A DNA stretch of 64,000 bases from Camelus dromedarius (GCF_036321535.1 NC_087437.1:46812001-46876000), one strand, 5' to 3'; shown: positions 50,260 to 63,574, numbered from the stretch's first letter. Notes: generated by a model from the sequence alone, not told the origin. Numbers and translations are program-made.

Positions 50260-52541
50260 AAAATCACCTTTCACTAAAAAAATGGGAAAATTTAATGAAA
50301 GTATATGAGACTATTGCCAAGCACTGGATATTAGGAAACAAGGTGCTCTTGTCAGAGAAGAAGCACAGAGAGTGACTCCTACAATTTCCCTGGCTTTACT
50401 TCTGTAGGTACTTCCAAGAACTCAGTTCTGGGAGGATGGAATGAAGCAGAGCAAGGCAGTGTTGGGTTGAGGAAATAGAGATTCCAGTGTAAGAAAGTTG
50501 AGGCAGGAAGAGTTTTCTGGCCAGGGAACTAGAAGAGGTGATTTATGCAGAGAGAGTACTCCAAAAATCTGTGCAGGGGTCTACTTGGGTCTGTCGCTAA
50601 ACACCAAGCTCTGCGTGCATCAAGTAAAGCTCTGTCATCCCAAGCAAAAATGAACCAGCTAAACCAAAAACTATCAACTACTGGGAGGTCGTCAGCTACA
50701 TAATTCCTGAACTTACATAGGGGTGAGAGGTATTCATAACTCAGGGTATTCCTTAGATACCGCAGAGGATCAGACCTTAACTGTAATGCTAAACTAGTTC
50801 TGCAAGAAAGGATATTGTAAAACCTTCCGAACGAAGATTAAAACTAACCTAAAAGGATCAAGTTGATTGTCAACTAACTTATCTGCCTGCCAAAATAAAC
50901 GCCAACAAGTTTTAAAAGAAAACAACAAAATCCATATACGTTTATATGGATTTTTATCTATCTGTCTATATATCTATTTTCACATAATACATGACATCAT
51001 AATGGCGAGCAGCTGATCCAAAATTAATAGACATGTGAAGACAGAAAAATCTGTACATAAAAACAGACACAGAAATGACAGAAACAAAGGAATTAATAAA
51101 CAAGGACTTTAAAATTGTATATATAAGATGAAAAAATTAACCAAGTACACTTAATAGTACATTTATATTTGACACTGAAGTATATAGATCAGTGAATTTA
51201 AAGACATAACAGTAAAAACCATCTAAACTTAAGCAAAGGCAGAGAAAAATAAACAAAAAAAAAGACAAGAAATGAAAAGAAAATGCCTCAGTGATTTGTA
51301 GAGTGATATCAAGTGTCAAAGATGCATGGCATTTGAGTACAGATAAAAAAGAAAAAGAGGACCAAAAGAATGTGTAAAAAAATAATGGCTAAAATTGTTT
51401 TCAAACTGATGAAAATCCAAGAAGCTTGATGAACACTAAGCGAGATAAACAGAGAGAAAACCATACCAAAGAATGTGCTGGGAAACAGTGATAAAGAGAA
51501 AACTTCAAAGCTGCCAGAGGAAGAAATCACAATATATATTGGAGTACAAAGATAAGAATGATCCCTGACTTTTCATCCAAAAAAAAAAAAAAAAGGTAAA
51601 TGAGAAGACAATGGAAAAAGACAATCCTTAAATTACTAAAAACACTCAGAATTCTACATGCAGCAAAAATAAAACTAAAAACATTTTCATACAAACAATA
51701 CTTAAGAGAATTTGGTGTCAGCAGATCTGCACTATAAGGTACATTAAAGAAAATTCTTCGAATGGGAAGCTGGCTCTTCAAAAAGGTATAAAGAGTGTGA
51801 GAAATGTTAAAGGTGTGAAAAAATTTTTTTCTCATTTAAAAAATTCCTTCAATTTGAGGCCATAACATTAGACTTATAATAATGAATTGTAAGATATGCA
51901 GCAGTAAAATATATGATAACAATTGCACAAAGAATAGGAGGGTGAAATGGAAGTATATTATAAGATTCATGCATCATACATGAAGTGCTGTAATAATATC
52001 TGAAGAAAGACAATGATATATTAAAACTGCATATTGTAAATCTTAGTTCAGCTACTAAACAGCAAAACAGATACAGCTTATAAGAATAGACATAAAACCA
52101 AACAATTAAAAATACTCAATCTGAAAAAAAAGAAAAGGAGAAAATAAATGAAGAGCAGATGAAACAAGAAACAAATAGAATGATGCTAATAGTAAACACA
52201 TCCAGATCAAAAAATAAATACAAATAGTCAATGTACTTCAAATAAAATGCAGATTGTTAGACTGATAAAAAGGCAATACTCAACTATGTTCTGTTTACAA
52301 GAAATGCACTTAAAATATAGAAACTATATTTTTAAAGTAAAATGATGGAAAATGATAAATAATACAATTTACTAATCATAAGAAAGCAGCATTGGCTATT
52401 AAATATTAGAAAAGTAGACCTCAGAGCAAGGAATTTGATCATTCTTAAGGAGACATGTTTAATAACAATAAAGGGACCAATTCATTAAGAAGAATAAAAA
52501 TCCTAGATGGTATATGTACCTAACAGAAAAGCTCCAAAATT

Positions 52542-52589
<48 letters not shown>

Positions 52590-52985
52590 CACACACATGC
52601 ATACACACACACACACACACATATAAGCAAATACTGAACAGCTGAAAGGAGAAATAGACATGCACAATTACAACGTGGCTCTTCAACACTCTTTCCTCAG
52701 TGAAACACGCAGGCAGCATATCAGCACAGGTACAGATGATTTGAACAGCACTTCCCACCCACTGACCTAATGCACGTTTATAGGACACTTTAAACAACAA
52801 TAGCAAAATACACATTTTTTCCAAGTGTCCACAAAACTTTACTAAGGTTACAAACAAATCTCAATAAATTTTTAAACAATCAAATTGACACTATTTAATC
52901 AGACCATTGTGGATATAGATTATAAATTTTAAGAAAGATACCTGAAAACTCCCCAAATAGGTGGAAGTCACTTTTTGAAATAATG
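50260..52985 (+). mobile_element. Ancient LINE-1 5' portion (5'UTR, ORF1, ORF2 endonuclease region)
   Basis: gatcagtgaattta, gataaagagaaaacttcaaagctgccagag, tcagcagatctgcactataag, ctgtttacaagaaatgcactt, aagggaccaattcattaagaaga, cttcaacact. Confidence 0.85.
52542..52625. repeat. Compound (TA)n(TG)n(TA)n(CA)n microsatellite
   Basis: Read directly. Confidence 0.95.
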
Positions 52986-53199
52986 AAAGTGTTCTATACG
53001 TTTGTCAAACATGGTGACTTATATTTTTAAATCAGTGCATCTTATTGCCTGTAAAAAATACTTTTTTCTAATTTGGTTCAATATTAACTAAAAGTATACC
53101 AAAAATTACTTATGTGACCCTTTTAAAGTACTGTTGGGCGTCTGTACCCACAGAAGCCACGGACAGGTACAGCCTGTCTGGGAGAGCTTTCAGTCCCCT

Positions 53200-53582
53200 G
53201 GTGGTCCTATTTCCTATAGTTCTTTGGGCTTTCAGGTGTTCTCACACTCTTTTATTTACACGGAATGCCATGCTCCTCTATCAGTATATTCAAATTACAC
53301 ACCACGTTTTTTCTTTCAAAGTCAATTTTAAATGCCACAGCTCCCATGAATCTTTCCTGTGTTTGAAGTAATCTTAGCCTAGTCTGAGCTCTTATGTTAA
53401 ATTGTCTGTTCCTCCAATGGTATTTGTATAACCTACCTTGCATTATTCATGAAGTAGCCCATCTGACCAGAATTCAAACTCTTTAAGTGCAAGACCTTGT
53501 CTTACTAACTTCTCTATGTGTGCTAGCATTTAGAAAAGTGCCTGGGTCATAGTAAATGGGTATTTATTAAATGAATGAATAC
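53200..53582 (+). mobile_element. L2 3' end
   Basis: ctagcatttagaaaagtgcctgggtcatagtaa...tatttattaaatgaatgaat. Confidence 0.7.
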
Positions 53583-55289
53583 ATGACTATGTCATTGTAA
53601 TCTGTATATAATCATGGTCTACATTTTAATATTTTATTAAAATTCACTGAATTCTCTACTTGTAATTATTGAGTTTGAGTCACTTATAACCCTACCATAT
53701 CTAATTCTAGCTTGCAGCTCCTATGATGCTCCATGCTCACAAGCCAGATAATCAAGCTTATTAAAGACTGTGCATTAAGTAAATGTAATTAGGCACTTAG
53801 GGAGGGTGTAATGACTTTTCATACATTAAAGCATGGCTTGAGACTTCGGGCTTTAAATCTAATTGCCTAGAAGGACTATTTTGTCAGCATCCACATTTGG
53901 GGTAATATTTTGAAGATTAAACAATGGTTTCCAGAAGTCTAGCCGCCATAAGAATAGGGTATTGCTTGCTAGAAAAAGCATTCCTGTTATAGAATATGGC
54001 CATTCTACCACTGGATATGTGTCCTCTTTGACAAATGAATTCTGGTGTTCAGGACTCAAAACAAGACAGCTGTCACAGCACCACTGAGGATTCCTCTAAA
54101 TTGCAGCAGATGGTGCTACTTATTTGGCCATCTAATGCTCTTCTGAAGTATCAGTTGGCTAACTGCTGTGGTGGAGGTATGAAAACAGGAGACGTATTTA
54201 GAGCCAGAGGATGCAAGCACAAATGTTTTGGGACACAGAGTTTAAACTGATATGGAAAAATTGTATCCAGCAAATTGCCAGGCCAGATTCATTGAACGGT
54301 ATGTTTGAAAGCCCATCTCTCAAATGAAAGCAGTCATGGAAAATACAACTTCTTCGACCAGCTGTACTATAATCTCTTCCCTGCTCTTTTCCCCTGAGAG
54401 GCACACATGCTTACGGGCAAACTCACACATGCACACACACACAGCATACGTATTCCTACATATACAGTTGCTAACCAGTCTGCAATTTAAATTTAACACT
54501 ACTTGGGAACTAGCTGGGTCACCTGTGGCTGGTCAGTGGAAGTATGCACAGCCCACGTCAGTGGCCTTTCTCAACCCTATTTTTAAGCTGCTCTGTTGCA
54601 GCTTTTTATCAGTGTATAGCCATCTGGCTTTCTGCATCACAGAGATATGGAATATTCAGGCCATGCCTTTGGCCACTTCCATGGCAGCTATGGCCCTTTT
54701 CAGAATTAAATTTAGTTAATGAACATTCTGCTTACCACTTCCCAGAGTACAATTTTTAAGTAATTTCTTAACTTTAATTTATATCATTAACTATTTACAT
54801 ATGAAGTTTAAAGATAGCTTACAATAACTATTAAATGGAATACGAGTGCAGTGTAAACTCGTTTTGTAAAGTCAGTAAATTCCTATTATGTGTATAGTGA
54901 GCTACTTTCTTACTTGAGAAAAATGGACAAATTAAATTATTCCACTGAACAGCAATTTAAATTGGTGTGCTACATTATCTAAAAGGAAGTAACATAAAAA
55001 GTGAAAGATACACAGAAAATTTGGAGATCATTTCCAGGCCTCCATTTGGAGGCCTAGCATTTTTGTGGCACATGAATTAGAAATAACAAAATGAGAATTA
55101 AAATGACATCTATAAATAAACATAAGTAAATAAATGGATCAGCTTTGTGTGACTTATCGATAAAAGCAAGTGAGATTGTCAAGGAGAAGAAAAGCCTTTA
55201 AAGTACAGGAGTGCTTTACCATAAGGAAGAGAAAGACCCCCAAATTGATCAAGTTCAAAGGCAAACTAAAAACTAAAACAGTAATGAAT

Positions 55290-55434
55290 CTTTTTTTCTT
55301 CTTTTTTTTTTTTTTTTGGTGGGGGGTAAAGCTAGGTTTTTATTTATTTATCTTTAATGGAGGTACTGGGGATTGAACCCAGGACCTTATGCATGCTAGG
55401 CACACATGCTACCACTGAGCTATACTCTCCCCCC
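55290..55434 (-). mobile_element. tRNA-Ala-derived camelid-type SINE (vic-1-like)
   Basis: Reverse strand reads gtatagctcagtggtagc...ggtcctgggttcaatcccc (Pol III A and B boxes) plus an A-rich tail; 21-bp TSD at 55269-55289 and 55435-55455 with 3 mismatches. Confidence 0.92.
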
Positions 55435-56286
55435 AAAATTAAGACAGTAATAAATACATGTATACATGCCTACATACCTACATACATAAACTCTTACAAT
55501 AAAGCGGTCATTTATCCCAGAATGAACTCACAGAATGAAAGGTGTAAAACGTTTTTAAATAAAAGCAAAGGAGGCTATCAGCTACAGAATAGGTGTGGAG
55601 AGGACAGTCAGGATCACAGCAGGCAAAGTGCCCTGGGGACTAGTCAGCTGGAAGCAGACAGGCATGCGAATGCTTTTCTCCTCATGGGAGAAAATATTGT
55701 CGAGGATCTCTCTACCAAATGATCTTTCCAGCAGGTTCTAAATCCTTGAAATGCCTGTAAGAAAAGCTAGGCGCCAACGTGTCTTCTGCACTATTAGGAC
55801 AGTAAGAGCCAGCAGAAATAGCAGTGCTCTCAGTTGTCAGCGTTTATCAACACAGTCTCTCGTCTGACAGCCGCTGTCATAACTGATTCCCTTTCATCCC
55901 AGGTTAACTCTTGGCCCTGACTTGAGATTTATGGTTCAAATTGTTTAAATCCTATTAATTTCTTTTCATGGAAAAATCTATTGCTGACTTGCTGTCTGTC
56001 TTAGTTGATCCCTACCCCATCTTCCATCCTTTGCTACCATCCACCTATCCAATACTTACACAGTGAATTAGACCTGATACCCAATATGTAAATTTCCATC
56101 CACATTTCTGGTTTCTGTTTACATTTCAAGCCTCCAAAACTCCGCCTCGGTTTTAGTTCATTCCACACTATCTGGAAAAAGTGCTACAAATACGGAAGCC
56201 AACAATAGCAACATCACCATATACGCAGATAAAATGAACAAACTAGACATAGTTTGTGTTGTAATAGTTAACATTTACGGAGTACT

Positions 56287-56450
56287 GAGGGGAGGGTATA
56301 GCTCAAGTGGTAGAGCACGTGCTTAGCATGCATGAGGTCCTGGGTTCAATCCCCCGAACCTCCTTTAAAAATAAATAAAACTTAATTACTCCCCTCCCTG
56401 CCAAAATGAAATAAATAATACAATAATAAATAAATAAAATATTTAAAAAT
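56287..56450 (+). mobile_element. tRNA-Ala-derived camelid-type SINE (vic-1-like)
   Basis: gggtatagctcaagtggtagagcacgtgcttagcatgcatgaggtcctgggttcaatcccc followed by an (aaat)n tail. Confidence 0.92.
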
Positions 56451-56622
56451 ATGTACTGTATAGCACAGGGAACTAATTTCAATATCTTCTAGTAACTGAT
56501 GGTGAAAAAGAATATGACAATGAATAGATGTATGTTCATGTATCACTGAACCATATGCTGTACACCAGAAATTGACACAACATTGTAAACTGAATATACT
56601 TCAATAAAAAATTATATACAGA
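56451..56622 (+). mobile_element. Lineage-specific L1 extreme 3' end
   Basis: tactgtatagcacagggaact...aaaagaatatga...gctgtacaccagaaattgacacaacattgtaaactga.tatacttcaataaaaa; same family as 25632-25944. Confidence 0.9.
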
Positions 56623-56669
56623 AATATTTATGAAGTGCTAAATACTAAGGGATACTCTATTCTAGAATC

Positions 56670-57320
56670 TAATTTTTACTTATGTTTTTCATGTAACAAG
56701 TTACTTTGTAAGTCTGTCTGCATGTCCTGGAGTTATTCCAGGTAGTCATTCCATGAAGGGAGTGCTTTGCTAGGATGGATAGTAGAAATATTGTTGAATC
56801 AGGAACATATTTGGAGTTGGTCATGTTGTTCCAAGTTGATAGTAGATGGTATTGTGAAGAAAATATGAATATTTTCATGTTTTTGCCCATTCAGGGCTTT
56901 CTGAGCAATGACTGCCAGCAACATTGAGTTAAAGAATGACTAAGCAGAAATTCTCTAGAAAAATAGATAAAAACCATTGGAAAAATATAGAGATTTATTT
57001 TCCTGAACTCTTACATTTATAATTCATAGAGTGATAAACTCTGGAGCTATTTGTTTACACTTTAAAGGATTATTGTTATAAACCTGGGAATCTCCCCTCT
57101 CTCCTCCAAGACAGAATTTGTTTCCATTAGAGAGCAAAGTTTTCTCCCTTTGTCTCTAGGAGGGAAGATCCTATAGAAGCTCTGAAATCTATAATTTTGC
57201 AGTTCCTCATCTATAGTGTAAAACCCCCTTTGCACATGCAGGTAACATCTTCCTCAAGTGAGGGAGAGTACTAATGCTGAGACTGCTATGTGAATAAAAT
57301 AATTAAACCTCCAGCATGAA
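56670..57320. mobile_element. Degenerate ERV LTR fragments
   Basis: Reverse-strand tgttgctggcagtcatt terminus near 56932, and an LTR-like stretch with AATAAA near 57293; family uncertain. Confidence 0.4.
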
Positions 57321-57806
57321 AAATGCAAATATTAAAAACTTGCCAGTTATAAATAATAGTGTTCCAGGGTCTGATTAGCCAGTATATTTGTTTGACATGA
57401 ATGCTTCGTAGAACAAATACTTCCCATGTTTGTTTGTGCAAGATGTTAAGTGTTGCATAAGTAAAAGCATCACAGAATTAAATCAGTTTGAGAAATGGGG
57501 CATAGTATGTCTCTATCTGGGATGCTGACAGATTGGGTTCTACAAACTTCAGTAGTAACGAAACATGTTTAGTCTTGACTTAGGATTTACGAATCAGAAA
57601 TACCACTGTGGAATGACCTCACAGCATCTTTTGGTCCCCTTATATGTGTCAAGAGTATCCAGAAATTAGTGCCATATTCAAAGGTGTATTTTCTGTCTGC
57701 ATGTCCAGGAAGGGTTACTAGTTGGTGTTATCTTATGTCCCATTGTCCTCAAAGTCTTAGAAATCATTCTCTTGACCCTCTAGAAAGCAACTACTATTCA
57801 CAAAGA

Positions 57807-58150
57807 GCAGTGATTTTCAAAGTCGACAGCACATTAGAATCACTCAGGCAACTTTTAAAAAATACCAATGCCCCAAACCATACCAATTAAGAGAGCGTCT
57901 GAGGATGTCTGGGAATCTGGAAGACTTAAAAGCTTCCCAGGTGACTCTAATGTGCAGCCAGGCTTAAGAACCACTGACACAGAGCAGTGGTTCTCCAACT
58001 TTAATGAATGCAGGCATACTCGCATATGAATGCAGATGTCTGCAAAGCTTATTATTAAGAAGGTCTGGGGTGAGCTAGAAATCTTTCTTTTAAAGCAAAC
58101 ACTCCAGATGATTTTGATGCAGTTCCTCAATGGCCACACTCTGAAATATG
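57807..58150. mobile_element. Two adjacent MER5-like elements
   Basis: cagtgattttcaaa...cattagaatcac...cccaggtgactctaatgtgcagccagg...aaccactg, then cagtggttctccaactt...aggtctgggg...ggccacactctga. Confidence 0.82.
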
Positions 58151-58544
58151 TTGATATGGGCTGAACCTACCATTCTGCCTGCTTCGTGACAGTTAGTCAA
58201 GAATCCATCTCCCGGAAAACAGAGTGGTGTTCCAACTGTGTCCAGGGAACCCCCATTCCACCTCTATTTTCAGACACAAGGGGCTTTAAATTACTCTAAA
58301 ATTCTAAGAACAACATCCTGACCCACTCTAGCTGTCTCTGGCAGCACTCTGGGTGGCGGTGAGCAATCGCTCCTCCAGCAGCTGGACTCAGCCGCAGGAG
58401 GGAAAGTGCAGCCACTCTAGGAGTATTTCCCCTTGACTGGTCATAAATCTGGAGTCTCGGGTCAGTTACTCCACATGTAAAATAGCTTCTTTGCACCTTA
58501 GTCGCAAATGAGGGAAAGTCAGACATACACAAATATGAATTTCT

Positions 58545-59860
58545 TTCAGAAAACCATGGCTAACCTTCCACTCTTGGTAATGACTGAGTAGCTCATATTA
58601 GACCAAGCTCTTGTAAATGACAACTATAAACTCTGGACAGTCTGTAGAAAAAAATTGCCCAAGGCAGCAGAGAAAACAATTTGTTCCAGATACTAGAGGG
58701 CAGTCAATATATAGAAAAAATAAATAGCATGTGGTAAGTTTCTTATTTTTAAAGGCTTTTAGCCTAAGAGTAGGACATAGCTGGCATGCAAAATGGCTAA
58801 AACACAGAAAAATTCCTCCAGGTTATTGAGGAACCAGAATACAGAATATGGGGCAACCATCATAACTGGAGAATGAAGCTGAGAATCCTAGAAAAAGGAG
58901 AGAGTGGGAGAGTCCCCAGTTCTATAAATGACTCTGCTCAAATCTCTGGCTCACCCCCAAACTACACATTCAAGAGGGCAGCTCCCAAGCAGCCCATTTA
59001 AGGCTAAAAACAAAAATAAACTAACAAACAAACAAAAATTGAACTATGAGTTCAGGGTTTGAGTTTGAGTTCTCTTTATAGGAATATATCCGAATCTAAA
59101 GTCTGTACTATACATGATTCACAATATCCAGTGTACATTCCAAAACCTCATGATAAATTAAAAGTAGAAATATATGACCCATTTTCAAAGGAAAAACAAT
59201 CTACAGAGCCCAATCTCAAGATAATGCAGATGTTGGAATTACCAGGCAAGGATTTTTAAACAGCTTTAAATATGCTCAATAAGCTAAGGGAAAACTATGA
59301 TTGTACTGTGTGAAAAAATAGGAAATCTCAGCAGAGAAATAGAAATTTTGAAAATAAACGAAATGGAATTTCTTGAAATAAAAACAGAAACACAGTGTCT
59401 AATATAAAACATTCAATGAACGTGCTTAATAGCAGAATAAAAATTTTTAAAGAGTCATTGAATTCAAAGATACTCTAATAGAAATTATCTGATCTGAAGA
59501 AGTGCAGAAGGGAAAGATATTAATAAGTTAATAGTGTCTCAGGAGTCTGTGAGAATTTATACCCAAAGGTATAAAATGCATATTACTGGAGTCCCAGCAG
59601 GACTTTCAGATGAAATATTTGAAAATACAAGAGTCAAAAATTTCTCAGATTTGATGAAAGACAAATTTATAAAGATTTAAATAGAGTGGGCACCAACAAA
59701 TGCCTCCAAGTACATTAGTCATAGTGCTAAAGACCCAAGATAAAGAGAAAATAAAATCTTGAAAGCAGCCAGAAAAAAAATGACACATTGAATACAGAAA
59801 AACAACAATTCAACCAAACATTTGCTTCTTATCAGAAGCAACTGAGACCCAAAGATAACT
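58545..59860 (+). mobile_element. Ancient LINE-1 5'UTR/ORF1 fragment
   Basis: ctataaactctggaca, cagatgttggaattaccaggcaagga, ggaaatctcagcagagaaatagaaa, gataaagagaaa.taaaatcttgaaagcagccaga. Confidence 0.85.
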
Positions 59861-60279
59861 AATATGTACAGAAGATGGTCCAGAAATAGACATGGGAGTG
59901 GGAATAGGGGAAAATACAATAATTTAACAGAGCCATCCACAGAGGTGATAATGGAGAAAATACTGGACTCTCGAGATTATATGATGCAGTCAAACATTAC
60001 AAAGATGAGATATAAGACAAAATTCCACCATGAGCCGTAAAACACAAATAGAGAATGATACACATTAATGTGGCACACATCATCATAGGGTAATAGGCAC
60101 GTGTTATGATACGGTCAGACCGTAATTTGAACTCGCACAAACTGTTTCTCCCATACGGTGGTATCACGTAAAGAAGCCGTGTGCTCTGCCCGCTCCCCTT
60201 CCCTAACTGCACAGGCACGTTCATCTGTCTAAGAGGAGTCGTTCTCTAATCCTAGTTCTGCTCCGTTTGTATGATATAG

Positions 60280-60760
60280 CTATTATTTCAAAAAACTCTA
60301 AAATATTTATGTGCTTTAACACAATAATTTCAGTTTGATTAATTTAGCCCAAGAAAAGTATATGAAATGCAGATAAATATTTACACACAGGTATTTATCA
60401 GAGTTTTACTTACACAAAATTTTTAGAAATAATATTAATGGCAGAAGTACAGGCATAATTAAATGACTATGGGAGATTTATGACGTGAAAAAATTAAACT
60501 CTAAAAATCATTTGTGTCAAGACTTTTTAATGATAATTGAAAATGTTTATGGTATAAAGTTGAATTTAAAAAGTTACCATTACCATTGTCTGAATTACGT
60601 TAAAAAAAAAAAAAACTGGAAAGAAAATGCCAAATGTCCATACTGCTTGTCTCTGGGTTGTGGAATTATTGTTTTGCTTTGTTTAGTTCTGACTTCTTTT
60701 ACTTTATGGGTAATTTGCAAATATTTCAAAAGGATTATGTCTTATTTTATAATTTAAAAA
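60280..60760 (+). mobile_element. Highly degenerate L1ME-like 3' fragment
   Basis: A-rich, with ggaaagaaaatgccaaatg...gtctctgggttgtggaattat...ttattttataat. Confidence 0.55.
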
Positions 60761-63574
60761 AAGGAAGAAAGGTAGAAAAATAAACATGGTTCCTCAAAAA
60801 AACTAGACTATCTCCAGCTGTGAGCTGCACCTAAAGCAATGAGGTGTGGGTGGGAAGTTGAAATCTAGGTGCAACAGTGGATCAGAAACTACAGGGAATC
60901 AAAAAATCCAGGCCCCTATGGCTAGTAATGTCAGAGTCAGGACACTCATGATTTAGGGAAACCAGAAAACTGTCAGTCATCGACCAGAGCTATATAAGCA
61001 AAGGAAAATCAGATGGATAAAACAGGGTAGGTGGTCAAATAATCAAGTAGAAAGTCAGAAACAAGAAAAGAATAAAAATCACATTACTGGGGGGCAAAGA
61101 GATTTTCAGGGTGAGTTCCTTCAGCAGAAAACGTCATACATGCTCTGGGTTAGAACAGAAACCAGCCTGAGGATTTGGCCACTTCAGAGTCTCTCTAGGA
61201 AAGCAGGTAAACTGGCAAACCCAACAAGCAAAGGACAAAGAGGGGGCGTGGATTCCAGTAATCTCCTGTGTAGCCGACATCGGAGAAGAAAGAAGGGAGG
61301 GGAGAGAAAGAAAGAGTGAGAGGGAGGGAGACAGACAGAGAATGAGCTTAAGGGTCCCTGAAAATTGTTGGGTAAAGGAACAAACCAGTGCAGAAGTCAG
61401 GGCCCTGGGACTCTGTAGACCTGCACTGTAGCTTATTCACAAGCATGTGATCTAAAATGTTATTATAGATGAAAGAAGAAGAATTATGTTAAACACTAGA
61501 TTATATGTGTTGAATATCTGTAGTAACTACAATGCTTGCTATCTACAAAACATCCCTTTCATTTTCCAGCAGAAGAACAATCTATATTCTATTTACATTA
61601 TGGGAGTGTGTACACATTTATTATATTTTTCAGACTGCAGTTCTCTATAATACTTCCATTTATTTCCTTGTTAACATTCTATTTTGGAAACGCCAAGTCT
61701 CAGAAGTTGCTGACTACATACTCTTCATCTGTCACAAACATTTGCTACGGGTTCATCCTTTGGAAGGCTCACAATCACACAACTGAACATTTACAGTCTA
61801 TTACTCACCTACAACAAATGCAAAGTGAAGAGAGGATCTATAGAAGTTTTCCCATGTCTTCACAGCCTTTCACAAATACGGAGACACCCCGGCCCCAGCC
61901 CTGTGCCTGTAAAATACCTGCTTCCCTCCTGCCCATGTTAATAACACAATAAAGTCCCTATGACAATTTCTTTCAATTTGGCGTTTATCTCAATCAAACG
62001 TATCATTAGTTATATTCAGTTCATTTAAAATTAACCACATCTTCTGTTCAGATGCTGCTGGAATTGACCTAGCATGTCTGCAGAGATAATAAGATTAAGG
62101 TGAATGTAGTAATGAATAGTATAACACAGCCTAATTATATACCATACTCCCATTCACCTTAATTTGAGAAAAAGCAGAAACTGGATGGAATTCAAAAGGC
62201 AGCAGATTGAAAATGGATAAAAAGACTTTTTATGCGATGTATAATCAGCTTTCAGAATTCACTGCTGCAGGATATTTCTCAGGCTAAAATTTAGTAAAGT
62301 TTCAAGATAAGAATAAGAATGGCATCTGTGGGTACACTAGCTGGATGTGAATTTATGGAAGCTATCAATCCTCATGCTGGTAGCCATAAAATCATCACCA
62401 GCTGGTGCTGGGATGGAAACCCTCCCTGTGGTACCCCTCTGCACAATTGGCCAGATGCATGATGCACTGCTGTTGTTGTACAAAGACAAAAGAACCCAGA
62501 GAGCCTTAGGCATTAGCCTTTGCCAAAGGAAAGACTGTGCACATGATGGAAACTTTCAAGCAAGTCATGAGCTGTGGTCCTGAGTCTCACAGCAGCCTCC
62601 TCTATCTGTTTTTTGATCAAATGGCATTTCCTTCGTCATGGTAAAATACAATGATTCCTCCTTTCCACGGAATTTATTCAATGTTATCACAAAATTGGTG
62701 TACATTTTATTTGTTAGAAATATAAGTCATCTCTGCTGTGAATATCCAGACCACCTTTCACTGAAAAGTGGCAGGTCCCAAATGTCCCCCTTTGAAAGTG
62801 GTAACAATGGCAACGGTGGTGATTGGGGGCTTTTGTTAATGGACAGCATGGCAGGTCTATTTGTTGGCATTCTCCCTGACATCCTGAGCCCTTTAATTCT
62901 GTCTGACAGATTCAGGCCATGCTCCAGATCTCAGAAAAGAGGTGAGAGTATTGATCCACCTGTTATTGTTGGTGATTTACTGTTCCATTGCTTTAGCAAA
63001 TTTAAACACACATGCACGCACATAAACACTCACCGCTGGGGTCACAGCTGCTAGATGGTAGAGTAATGAGTGATTATTTTCTTATCTCTCCTAAGCTCTG
63101 TAAGTAACTTCTCTTGTGGATTCATGACAGTCCTGCAGATTTAAGCCAAATAAATGGTATCTTTTCACCTTAAGGTCAAAGGGTTCCTAAACATGGTAAT
63201 AAATGCTTGTTGAAAATAGAAACTCATGCATATTGAAAGCTTGCAAAAAGCTTTTTTGACCATTCTATAGTTTAAGATAAATTTGAAAAAATGTGTAATT
63301 TTGGAGTAGTCTAATAAAGTGTTACCAAAAGGTAAACAACATAGAAGTTGTTGGTTTAAAATCATGAAGCCATTTCCTCTCCAAAGCTCCAGATGGTCAT
63401 CATGGAACTTTCCTCTTAAATGGCACTGCATTAGGACACTGCCAATTATAAGCACGTTGCCATTGCACAAAATGGTTTTTTAATGTATTCCACTCTTTCT
63501 TCAATTTTTTCCCATTGTTTTATATACTTACAGCATTTTTACCCTCAAAACATGATATGAACAAGTTGTGTTAT

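Noticed and set aside
56287..56365. tRNA-Ala gene (also 55360-55434 on the minus strand)
   Set aside because: Followed by a SINE body and A-rich tail and flanked by TSDs; these are tRNA-derived SINEs.
61235..61340. CTCF- or KLF-like gagggggcgtgg next to a GA-rich tract
   Set aside because: A single partial motif match, not enough to call a regulatory site.
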